Source: Gemmatimonadales bacterium
Lineage (GTDB): Bacteria; Gemmatimonadota; Gemmatimonadetes; Gemmatimonadales; GWC2-71-9
Direction of reading: 5' to 3'
NCBI GenBank assembly: GCA_050733295.1
Contig: JBOHSQ010000104.1
Span: 1-33,648 of the forward strand
DNA length: 33,648 nucleotides
Position 1 is the stretch's first letter, and each line of letters starts with the position of its first letter. Under the pieces are notes generated by a model. It had not been told where the DNA came from. It was given only the letters and a program-made list of their open reading frames with translations, and ran no database searches. Positions 8,970 to 16,806 of this stretch are shown piece by piece. A program made the position numbers and the translations under genes.

Positions 8970-10058
8970 TCAGGCCGCGGGAACCGCCCGCTCCCGCCCG
9001 GGGGCCGGGTCGAGGGCCCGGAGCCCCTTCCGCACCCAGGAGTAGAAGATCGCCCCGCCCACGCCGAGGGTGATCCAGCTCGTCACCATCCGCCAGATCA
9101 TGGTATAGAGGGGCGTGAGCTCGCGTGGGACATAGCTCGACATCACGGCGGCGGAGAGGATCTCGGCGACACCGGAGCCGCCGGGCGTCGGGGCGAAGAA
9201 GTAGAGCAGGAAGGTGATCATCGTCTGCAGCAACAGGATGTCCACGAAGTGGGCCTCGATGCCCACGGCGCGCAGGGCGACGTATCCCGCCAGCAGCTTG
9301 TTCCCGTGCGACGGCCCCGAGATGAGCGTGGCCCAGAGGAGGGCGAGCCAGCCCTTCGGGGAATTGAACGCGACCACGCTCTGGTGCGCCTCGTCGAGCC
9401 CCGCCTCGATGGCCTCGAGCCGGTGGGCGAAGCGGGGATGCTTCCGCCGGGCCCAGACCGTGAGGCGGTGGAGCAGGCGGTGGAAGTGCTTCGGAAAGAG
9501 GATCACGGCGCAGAGCAGAACGCCGATGCCGACGAACAGCCAGAGGCTGCCGAGGAAGAGGTCGTAGAGCGAGAGGCCGAGGACGTCGCCCTTCTGGCCG
9601 AGGGACTTGCCGGCCCCGGCGAGGATGGCGACCGGGCCCGCGAGGGCGAAGAAGGCCACCGTGGCGATGAAGGTCATCAGCACCGCGGTGGCGGCGACGG
9701 GAACGGGAATGCCCCGGCGCCGCATGGTGTAGATCATCATCGGCGCGGCGCCCGACTGCGCCGGGGTGACGTACGCACCCCACGCGCCCATCCCCCCGGT
9801 GAGGATCAGGGACTTGAGCGAGACGTCGGGCTTGAGGTGACGGGCGACGACCCAGAGGCGGAGGCCGCCCCCGAGCCAGTCGAGGGAGGCGACGCCGACG
9901 CCGAGGAGGACCCAGCCCCAGCGGATCCCGCCGAGCGAAGCCCAGAAGGCGCCGAGGTCGTTGCCGTACCAGAGAATGCCAATGAAGGACAGGGCGGAGG
10001 CGAGGACGAAGAACTCGAAGCCCCGGAGGATCATGCGCGGCGTGAGGAGCCTGGCCAT
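8970..10058 (-). CDS. flippase-like / lysyl-PG-synthase-TM-region (UPF0104) family membrane protein
   Basis: Polytopic membrane protein of 362 aa from ATG at 10058 (MARLLTPRMILRGFEFF...). Topology and the Gly/Pro-rich loops resemble the LPG_synthase_TM family, from memory only. It ends 8 nt before the ABC gene start, so the two are likely co-transcribed. Confidence 0.55.
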   Translation of the reverse strand: MARLLTPRMILRGFEFFVLASALSFIGILWYGNDLGAFWASLGGIRWGWVLLGVGVASLDWLGGGLRLWVVARHLKPDVSLKSLILTGGMGAWGAYVTPAQSGAAPMMIYTMRRRGIPVPVAATAVLMTFIATVAFFALAGPVAILAGAGKSLGQKGDVLGLSLYDLFLGSLWLFVGIGVLLCAVILFPKHFHRLLHRLTVWARRKHPRFAHRLEAIEAGLDEAHQSVVAFNSPKGWLALLWATLISGPSHGNKLLAGYVALRAVGIEAHFVDILLLQTMITFLLYFFAPTPGGSGVAEILSAAVMSSYVPRELTPLYTMIWRMVTSWITLGVGGAIFYSWVRKGLRALDPAPGRERAVPAA

Positions 10059-10072
10059 TGAGGGGGAAACGT

Positions 10073-10120
10073 AAGGAGGGAGGGAGGGAGGGCGGGAGGG
10101 CGGTGAACGGGGGGTCGGGG
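10073..10120 (+). repeat. (GGGA)n / G-tract block in the divergent region upstream of uvrA
   Basis: aaggagggagggagggagggcgggagggcgg followed by tgaacggggggtcgggggg. Multiple G3+ runs on the + strand. Confidence 0.85.
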
Positions 10121-10176
10121 GGCATTGGAGAGGCCAGCGAAGTTCGGGGCCTCGGTGAACGGGACTACCTTTCGGC

Positions 10177-13173
10177 ATGACCGATGGCGTGATCCGCATC
10201 GTCAACGCCCGCCAGCACAACCTCCAGGGCATCACGGTGGACCTGCCGCGCCGCGCGCTGGTGGTGGTGACGGGGCCGTCGGGGTCGGGGAAGAGCTCGC
10301 TCGCGTTCGACACGCTGTATGCCGAGGGACAGCGGCGATACGTCGAGTCGCTTTCGACCTATGCGAAGCAGTTCCTCGACCGGATGCCCAAGCCGCTGGT
10401 GGACCGGCTGGAGGGGATCGCGCCCGCCGTCGCCATCGAACAGCGGAATCCCACCGTCTCGAGCCGCAGCACCGTGGGCACCGCCACGGAGGTGTACGAC
10501 TACCTGCGCCTGCTCTGGGCGCGGGCGGGGACGCCGTACTGCCGCAACTGCGGGGCGCTGGTGCGGCGGGACACGCCGGGGGGTGCTGCAGCGGCGGTGG
10601 AGACGGGTGGCGGCGGGAAGGTGGTGGTGGCCTTTCCATTGCCGACGGGCGGGACGGGCGGGACGGGCAGGACGGGCAGGACGGGCAAGACGGGCAGGGA
10701 CGGGCGGAGACGGGCAGGGACGGGCGGAGACGGGCAGGAGCGGATGCATGGGCTGATCGTCGAGTTCCTCACCGCGCTCGGGTTCGTGCGGGTGATCGCC
10801 GACGGGGTGATGCTGCACGTGGAGGAACTGCCGGCCGGGACGGACCTGGCAGCGGCGAAAGAGTTGCTGGTGGTGGTCGATAGGTTGGTAGTGAGGAAGC
10901 GGGACGGGCAGGACGGGCAGGACGGGCAGGACGGACAGGACGGGCTGGGGCGGTTGGTGGAGGCCCTGCAGACAGCATTCGCGGAGGGGGAGGGGGTGGC
11001 GGTGGTGGTGCGCGAGGACGGGAGCCGGGTGCGGTTCACCGAATTTCCGTCCTGCAGCGTGTGCGACACGCCGACGGTGCCGACCACCCCTGCCCTCTTC
11101 TCCTTCAACAACCCGCGCGGCGCATGCCAGGGATGCAACGGGTTCGGCGCGGTCCTCGAGTACGACGAGTCGCTGGTGGTGCCCGACGCCGAGCGCACGC
11201 TCCGCGGCGGGGCGATCGACCCGTGGACCAAGCCACGCTACGAGGCGCGGCGCCGGCTGCTGCTCCGGGCGGCCGAACAGGTGAGCGCCGATCCCGACAA
11301 GCCGTGGCGCGCGCTCAAGCCGGCGCATCGGCGCGAGCTGCTCTACGGCAGGATCGGGCGGTATCTCGGGATCTTCCCCTTTCTCAAGAAGCTCGAGGAG
11401 AAGCGCTACAAGCAGTACGTGCGCGTCTTCCTGCGGCAGTACCAGCTGGCCAAGACCTGCCCCTCCTGCGGCGGCACGCGGCTCAACGAGCACGCGCTGG
11501 CGGTGCGCGTGGGCGGCGAGACGATTGCGCACGCGGCATCGCTCACCATCGCAGAACTCGCCGGGTGGCTCGAGGAGCTCGACCTGCCCCCGGCGCAACG
11601 CCAGGTGGCGGATCTGGTGCTCGCCGAGGCGCGGGACCGGCTGGCATTCCTGCTGGACGTCGGCCTCGGCTACCTGTCGCTCGACCGCCAGACGCGCACG
11701 CTCTCGGGCGGCGAGGCGCAACGGATCGCCCTCTCGAATGCGCTGGGGGCGCGGCTGGTGGATGCGCTCTACGTGCTGGACGAGCCCTCGATCGGGCTTC
11801 ACCCGCGAGACACCGACCGGCTGCTCGCGGTGCTGCGCCGGCTCCGCGACTACGGAAACACGGTCGTGGTGGTGGAGCACGACCCGGCGACGATCTCCGC
11901 GGCGGACTGGATGCTGGAGCTGGGCCCCGGAGCGGGGGAGCACGGTGGGCGCGTGGTGCACGAGGGTCCGCCGGACGGCTCGGGCACATCGCTCACCGCC
12001 CAGTACCTCCGGGGGGAGCGCCGGATCGCAGTGCCGAGCCTCCGCCGGGTGGCGGGACCCCGCTGGCTCCGGATCCGGGGCGCCAGGATGCACAACCTGG
12101 CGGGCGTGGATGCGGACATCCCGCTGGGCACCCTGGTGGCGGTGACGGGCGTGTCGGGCTCGGGCAAGAGCACACTGGTGCAGGACGTCCTGTACCGGCA
12201 ACTCGAGGCCCGGCTCCACGGCGAGCACAGCGCGAAGACCCACCTGGGTGAGGAAGTGGGCGAGGTGGAGGCGCTCGAGGGCTGGGAGCGGCTCACCGAC
12301 GTGGTGCTGGTGGACCAGTCGCCGATCGGGCGGTCGCCGCGGTCGAACCCGATCACCTACGTGAAGGGCTTCGACGAGATCCGGGAGCTGTTCGCGAGCC
12401 AACCGCTGGCGCGGGCGCGGGGCTACACCGCGAGCACCTTCTCCTTCAACCTGCCGGGCGGACGGTGCGAGGCGTGCGAGGGCGCGGGGCACGTGCAGGT
12501 GGAGATGGTTTTCCTGGCCGACGTGTTCGTGCCGTGCGAGGTGTGCGAGGGGACCCGGTTCAAGGCCGAGGTGCTGGAGGTGAAAATCCACGGCCACTCG
12601 ATCCACGACGTGCTGCAGTGGACGGTCGAGGAGGCGTCCCAGCGGTTCAAGCACCAGCCCAAGCTCGGCGCGGCCCTGCACCAGCTGCGGCAGGTGGGGC
12701 TGGGCTACCTGCGGCTGGGGCAGCCGGCCACGACGCTGTCGGGTGGCGAGGCGCAGCGGCTCAAGATCGCGCGGGAGCTGACGACGGCGGGCGGGCGGGC
12801 AGGCGGACAGGCGGGCAAGCGGACCGAGGGGGGCACGAAGCTCTACATCCTCGACGAACCAACCACGGGGCTCCACCTCGAGGACGTGCGGATCCTGCTG
12901 CAGGTGTTCGACCGGCTGGTCGAGGCGGGGCATACGGTCCTGGTGATCGAGCATCACCTGGACCTGATCAAGCGGGCGGATTGGGTGATCGACCTCGGAC
13001 CGGAGGCGGGCTCGGCAGGCGGGCGGGTGGTGGCGCAGGGGCCACCGGAAGGGGTGGCGGGGGTGCCGGAATCGGTGACGGGCCGGTACCTGGAGAGGGT
13101 GCTGGAGATGGGGGGTCGGCAGCCTACGCGGCCCGAGGCTGAGGTCGGGGCCTCGGTGAGCGGTGAGCGGTGA
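10177..13173 (+). CDS. uvrA: excinuclease ABC subunit A, carrying three in-frame repeat insertions and a C-terminal tail
   Basis: 998 aa. N-terminus [37 protein letters not shown], zinc modules (CxxC pairs), two LSGGEAQR signatures, [37 protein letters not shown]. Confidence 0.97.
   Translation: [998 protein letters not shown]
10644..10740 (+). repeat. G-rich 9/10-bp repeat array inside uvrA (aa ~156-188: [31 protein letters not shown])
   Basis: Six 9-bp units (GACGGGCGG/GACGGGCAG/GACGGGCAA), then alternating 10-bp units GACGGGCAGG/GACGGGCGGA. The total keeps the ORF in frame. Confidence 0.92.
10901..10953 (+). repeat. G-rich nonamer array inside uvrA (aa ~242-259: [17 protein letters not shown])
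   Basis: GACGGGCAG x3, GACGGACAG, GACGGGCTG read directly. Confidence 0.92.
12785..12834 (+). repeat. degenerate G-rich repeat inside uvrA (aa ~870-886: [16 protein letters not shown])
   Basis: ggcgggcgggcgggcaggcggacaggcgggcaagcggaccgagggggg. It sits between the second ABC signature and its Walker B. Confidence 0.75.
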
Positions 13174-13188
13174 GCGGTGAGCGGTAGC
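13154..13188 (+). repeat. heptamer tandem repeat CGGTGAG x4 + CGGTAGC spanning the uvrA stop and reaching the stop of the convergent gene
   Basis: cggtgag cggtgag cggtgag cggtgag cggtagc. The uvrA TGA (13171-13173) lies inside unit 3. The minus-strand gene stop (13188-13190) starts at the last base of the array. Confidence 0.92.
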
Positions 13189-14288
13189 TAGGGCCGGTAC
13201 GGCCGGCTGAACACGTCATCCCACGGCTCGAGCGCGGGCTTCGGGTTCATGTCGACGTCGGCCAGACCGAGGTTCGCGAAGAGGGACAGGGCCGAGCCGG
13301 GCAGCTCTGGGATGGCGGCGAGGTCGAGGTCGAAGAAAGTGCGCTGAAAAACGGCGCGCGCTCCAGCCTCCTCGAGCAGCTCCGCCTGGCGCTCGATGTA
13401 GCGGCGCTGCATTTCCGGCGACAATGCGACCGCGCCCACCGGCTTCGACCGCCACCCGCCCTCGACCACCAGCAGCGGCAGTGAGGTGCCCTGCCCCACC
13501 CGGCCATAGTACTCGAGCGGAATGTCCTCCGGATCGCTGAAGCCACTGAGATACGGATAGCTGGACAGGCCGAGCGCCTCGACGAACGGAAAGTCGGCGA
13601 GGTCCTGGGCGATGCCGGCGTACGGCCCCGCAGGCCGGCCCCACGCCACCTCCACCTGCACGCTCACGAACAGCCGGGTGTCGATTCCAGCGGCGTCGAT
13701 CTCCGCGGCCGCGGCATTCGCCATGGTGACGAGCGCCTGGTACACCGGCGCGGGCGCTGCCGCGCGGATCAGGTTGGTCTCCGCAACGAGACCCAACCAA
13801 TCCGGCGGGAGCTGAGCGGCCACCTCCCCCGCCCATTCGCGATAGAGGTCCTGGATCGCGGGCTCGGTGATGCTGCGTCCGCGGGCCACGAGCTCAGGCG
13901 CGTCCGCGCTCCGGTCGAGCCCGTTGGTCGGGTCCACGACGAAGACGAGCTCCATCCCGCGGGCCCGGTAGAGGGCCGCGAGCGGAAGCTCGAGCGCCTC
14001 GACGACGTCGGCCGCGGGGATGCCATCGAGCAACGCGTCCCAGCGGGGCGAGACGTGCATGATCGCAGCGTCGGCACGATCGTCCCACCGGTCGATGCCC
14101 GGGACGACGATGTCGGGGTCCGGCCGCGGCGGGATCGCCGAGAAGCCCATCAGGAAGGAGCGGGTGGGCCCGGAGGGCGCGGAGGAGGAGTCGCCGCCAC
14201 AGGACCCGAGCGCCACAGCGGCCAGGAGGGTGGCGGTGAGACGCCACCGGAGATTCGCCGTCCGGAGCCCGCTACCCGGCGGCCGCAT
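13188..14288 (-). CDS. putative lipoprotein, glycoside-hydrolase-like fold (function unknown)
   Basis: 366 aa. N-terminal signal with lipobox-like LGSC (MRPPGSGLRTANLRWRLTATLLAAVALGSCGG). High GC3. VAETNL and VVEGGW segments resemble acid/nucleophile strands of (beta/alpha)8 glycosidases (weak, from memory). Its start overlaps the upstream decarboxylase gene by 17 nt. Confidence 0.6.
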   Translation of the reverse strand: MRPPGSGLRTANLRWRLTATLLAAVALGSCGGDSSSAPSGPTRSFLMGFSAIPPRPDPDIVVPGIDRWDDRADAAIMHVSPRWDALLDGIPAADVVEALELPLAALYRARGMELVFVVDPTNGLDRSADAPELVARGRSITEPAIQDLYREWAGEVAAQLPPDWLGLVAETNLIRAAAPAPVYQALVTMANAAAAEIDAAGIDTRLFVSVQVEVAWGRPAGPYAGIAQDLADFPFVEALGLSSYPYLSGFSDPEDIPLEYYGRVGQGTSLPLLVVEGGWRSKPVGAVALSPEMQRRYIERQAELLEEAGARAVFQRTFFDLDLAAIPELPGSALSLFANLGLADVDMNPKPALEPWDDVFSRPYRP

Positions 14289-15690
14289 GCCGGAGCTCCT
14301 CCCACACCGCGCGGACGTGGCGTTCTTCGGTGAGCCGACCGCCGACGGCGACGCGGATGACCTGGCGCCCGCCGAGGATCGTTCCCGTGAGGTGAAAGCG
14401 GCGGTCGCCGTTCACGCGCGCGAGGATCCGGCGGTTGTGCTCGTCGGCGGCTTCGGGTGATGCGCCGTTCGGCGCGTGCCGCAGGCAGACCAGGGCCAGG
14501 GGCGCGGGGGCGACGACCTCCCAGCCTGGCTCCTCGCGCGCGAGCCTTTCGAGCAGCCTCCCCGACGCAATTCCCTTCCGGATGTGCTCCCGCAGTCCCT
14601 CGACGCCCAGGCTCCTCAGGACGAACCAGAGCTTGAGCGCCCGGAAGCGGCGGCCGAGCTGGATGCCCCAGTCGCGGTAGTTGGGGACCTCGGCGTCGTG
14701 GGCCCCGCGAAGGTACGCGGGCGCCGTGCCGAAGGTACGGACCAGCAGGGCCGGGTCGCGAACGAAGTAGGCGGAGCAGTCGAAGTTGGTGAGCAGCCAC
14801 TTGTGGGGATTGAAGACGAAGCTGTCGGCACGCTCGACGCCGTCGAGCATGGCGCGGTGCTCGGGGCAGACCGCGGCGCTCCCGGCATACGCGGCGTCCA
14901 CGTGGAGCCAGGCGCCGTGGCGGGCGCAGTGCTCGCCGATCGGGCGCAGCGGATCGAGCGCGGTCGAGCTGGTGCTGCCCACGGTAGCGACGACGCAGGC
15001 GGGGATGAGGCCGGCCGCGCGGTCGGCATCCATCAGCTCCGCGAGCCGGTCAGGCCGGAGGGCGAACGTGTCATCCACCGGCACCCGGCGGAGCCGGTCC
15101 TCGCCGAAACCGGCAAGGCGGACCGCCTTGGGCACGGAGGAGTGGGCCTCCTCCGAGGCGTAGGCGACCAGCAGGCCGGCGCCGGCCGCGGAGGCGCCGG
15201 CGGCCGCGAACCCGCCACCGGTGGCGCGCTCCCGGGCCGAGAGCACGGCCACGAGGGTGGCGGTGCTGGCGGTGTCCTGGATCGAGCCGATGAATCCCGT
15301 GGGCAACCCGATGAGCTGGCGCAGCCACTCGAGGGTGACCTGCTCCAATTCGGTCGCCGCGGGGGAGGTCTGCCAGGACATGCACTGGGCGGCGAGCGCC
15401 GCAGTCGCCATCTCGGCGAGAATGGACGGCCCGCTCGAACTCGCGGGGAAGTACGCCATCCAACCGGGGTGCTGCCAATGGGCCATGCCCGGGAGTACCA
15501 GGTCCTCGAAGTCGCGCCAGATGTCGGCGAAAGGCTCGGCGTGCTCGGGCGGGCTCGTCGGCAGCCGGGCAGCGGTGGCGCCAGGGGTCGTGTCGGGCGT
15601 GACGGGGCGGGCCTCGAGGGTGTCGAGGTAGTCCGCGATCCAGTCCACCAGGGCGTGGGCCTGACGGCGGAATTCGGCGGGTGGGGTCAC
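14272..15690 (-). CDS. pyridoxal-phosphate-dependent group II decarboxylase (aromatic-L-amino-acid/tyrosine decarboxylase-like)
   Basis: AEFRRQAHALVDWIADYL, HWQHPGWMAYFPASSS, STATLVAVLSARE and the PLP-lysine motif NPHKWLLTNFDCS. I place the start at GTG 15688-15690 (VTPPAEFRR...), giving 472 aa. The longer track ORF (to 16008) would overlap the divergent FGE gene. An alternative TTG start is at 15747. Confidence 0.88.
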   Translation of the reverse strand: MTPPAEFRRQAHALVDWIADYLDTLEARPVTPDTTPGATAARLPTSPPEHAEPFADIWRDFEDLVLPGMAHWQHPGWMAYFPASSSGPSILAEMATAALAAQCMSWQTSPAATELEQVTLEWLRQLIGLPTGFIGSIQDTASTATLVAVLSARERATGGGFAAAGASAAGAGLLVAYASEEAHSSVPKAVRLAGFGEDRLRRVPVDDTFALRPDRLAELMDADRAAGLIPACVVATVGSTSSTALDPLRPIGEHCARHGAWLHVDAAYAGSAAVCPEHRAMLDGVERADSFVFNPHKWLLTNFDCSAYFVRDPALLVRTFGTAPAYLRGAHDAEVPNYRDWGIQLGRRFRALKLWFVLRSLGVEGLREHIRKGIASGRLLERLAREEPGWEVVAPAPLALVCLRHAPNGASPEAADEHNRRILARVNGDRRFHLTGTILGGRQVIRVAVGGRLTEERHVRAVWEELRHAAAG

Positions 15691-15831
15691 CGGAACCAGA
15701 CTCTCCCGGCGGGGGTATCGGGGCGCATTCTGGATGGTCCACCGCAACCGTTGACCACGCAAGGCGGGGCTGGCGGAACGATCCGGGACGTGCAGGTTAT
15801 CGTCGCCGACCAAACATCGGGAGAGCACCGC

Positions 15832-16806
15832 GTGCCTGCCAGAACCGGAGGGATGGCCTGGATCCCGGGCGGGGCGTTCCTGATGGGATCCGACGGCCAC
15901 TATCCGGAGGAAGCCCCGGCCCACAAGGCGGCGGTCCGCGGTTTCTGGATGGACCCGCGCACCGTCACCAACCGGGAGTTCGCGCGGTTCGTGGAGGCGA
16001 CGGGCCACGTGACGCTGGCGGAGCGGCCGGCGGATGCGGCGGACTATCCGGGCGCGAAACCCGAGCTGCTGGTGCCTTCCTCAGTCATGTTCCGGAAGGC
16101 CACCGGGCCGGTGGACCTGCGCAACCCTTACAACTGGTGGGCGTACTTGGCGGGGGCGGACTGGCAGCACCCCCGCGGGCCGGACAGCTCGCTCGACAAG
16201 CTGTGGGACCATCCCGTGGTGCACGTGGCGTACGAGGACGCCGAGGCGTACGCGACGTGGGCGGGCAAGGCGCTGCCGACCGAGGCGGAGTGGGAGTTCG
16301 CGTCCCGGGGCGGGCTCGAGGGGGCGCCCTACACCTGGGGCCAGGACTTCGCGCCCGGCGGGCAGATGATGGCCAACACCTGGCAGGGCCGGTTCCCCTT
16401 CGAGAACCTGCTCGAGGATGGCCACGAGTGGACCGCGCCGGTGGGGTCATTCCCGGCGAACGGCTACGGCCTGCACGACATGGCCGGAAACGTGTGGGAA
16501 TGGACCAGCGACTGGTACCAGCACCACGGGACGATCAAGAGCCCCTGCTGCACGCTGGACAATCCCCGCGGGGCGAAGCTCGAGGACAGCTATGACCCGC
16601 GGACGCCGGACGTGCGTATTCCCCGGAAGGTGATGAAGGGGGGCTCGTACCTCTGCGCGCCGAACTACTGCCACCGCTACCGGCCCGCGGCCCGGATGGC
16701 GCAGGCGATCGACACCTCGACCTGTCACCTGGGGTTCCGGTGCATCGTGCGGTTGACCAATGGTGGCCGCGTTGCCCAGTCCCGCCGCAGGAGCAGTGAG
16801 GAGTGA
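15832..16806 (+). CDS. formylglycine-generating enzyme (sulfatase-modifying factor, SUMF1/FGE family)
   Basis: WIPGGAFLMGSD, TNREFARFVEATGH, WEWTSDWY and GGSYLCAPNYCHRYRPAAR (catalytic Cys pair region). Start is either GTG 15832 (GGGAGA 7 nt upstream) or ATG 15853. No signal peptide. Confidence 0.9.
   Translation: MPARTGGMAWIPGGAFLMGSDGHYPEEAPAHKAAVRGFWMDPRTVTNREFARFVEATGHVTLAERPADAADYPGAKPELLVPSSVMFRKATGPVDLRNPYNWWAYLAGADWQHPRGPDSSLDKLWDHPVVHVAYEDAEAYATWAGKALPTEAEWEFASRGGLEGAPYTWGQDFAPGGQMMANTWQGRFPFENLLEDGHEWTAPVGSFPANGYGLHDMAGNVWEWTSDWYQHHGTIKSPCCTLDNPRGAKLEDSYDPRTPDVRIPRKVMKGGSYLCAPNYCHRYRPAARMAQAIDTSTCHLGFRCIVRLTNGGRVAQSRRRSSEE

Noticed and set aside
6520-9045. 841-aa + strand ORF (and similar: 6114..7565 +, 5734..6945 -, 7019..8815 -)
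   Set aside because: Antisense or out-of-frame shadows of the FHA and ABC genes. Their composition is dominated by Arg/Gly/Pro/Ala/Glu with no recognisable motifs, which is typical of very GC-rich DNA. The overlapping frames carry unambiguous FHA and ABC motifs.
8962-10125. N-terminal 388 aa of the 984-aa track ORF 7171..10125 (one giant ABC protein)
   Set aside because: This part is a Pro/Arg-rich out-of-frame read across the flippase-like membrane gene. The ABC exporter has a normal length (596 aa) from ATG 8961, and the membrane protein in the other frame (8970..10058) is convincing.
10644-10740. Collagen-like G-X-Y repeat domain in UvrA ([21 protein letters not shown]...)
   Set aside because: The Gly-X-Y periodicity is a by-product of a 9-bp DNA repeat read in frame. 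The stretch is short, lacks Pro, loses register where 10-bp units occur, and the same DNA encodes ARP or DGQ elsewhere. It is not a genuine collagen triple-helix module.
10165-12957. 930-aa minus-strand ORF opposite uvrA
   Set aside because: Shadow ORF. uvrA on the + strand has textbook motifs along its whole length, while the antisense translation is Arg/Pro/Leu/His-rich with no domain signatures.
14476-15831. N-terminal 450 aa of the 776-aa track ORF 14476..16806, and the 5' extension of 14272..16008
   Set aside because: 14476-15831 is the antisense of the decarboxylase gene (Gly/Arg/Ala-rich), and only the C-terminal third is FGE. Conversely, extending the decarboxylase to 16008 would overlap FGE and adds a shadow-like N-terminus before the conserved AEFRR start region.
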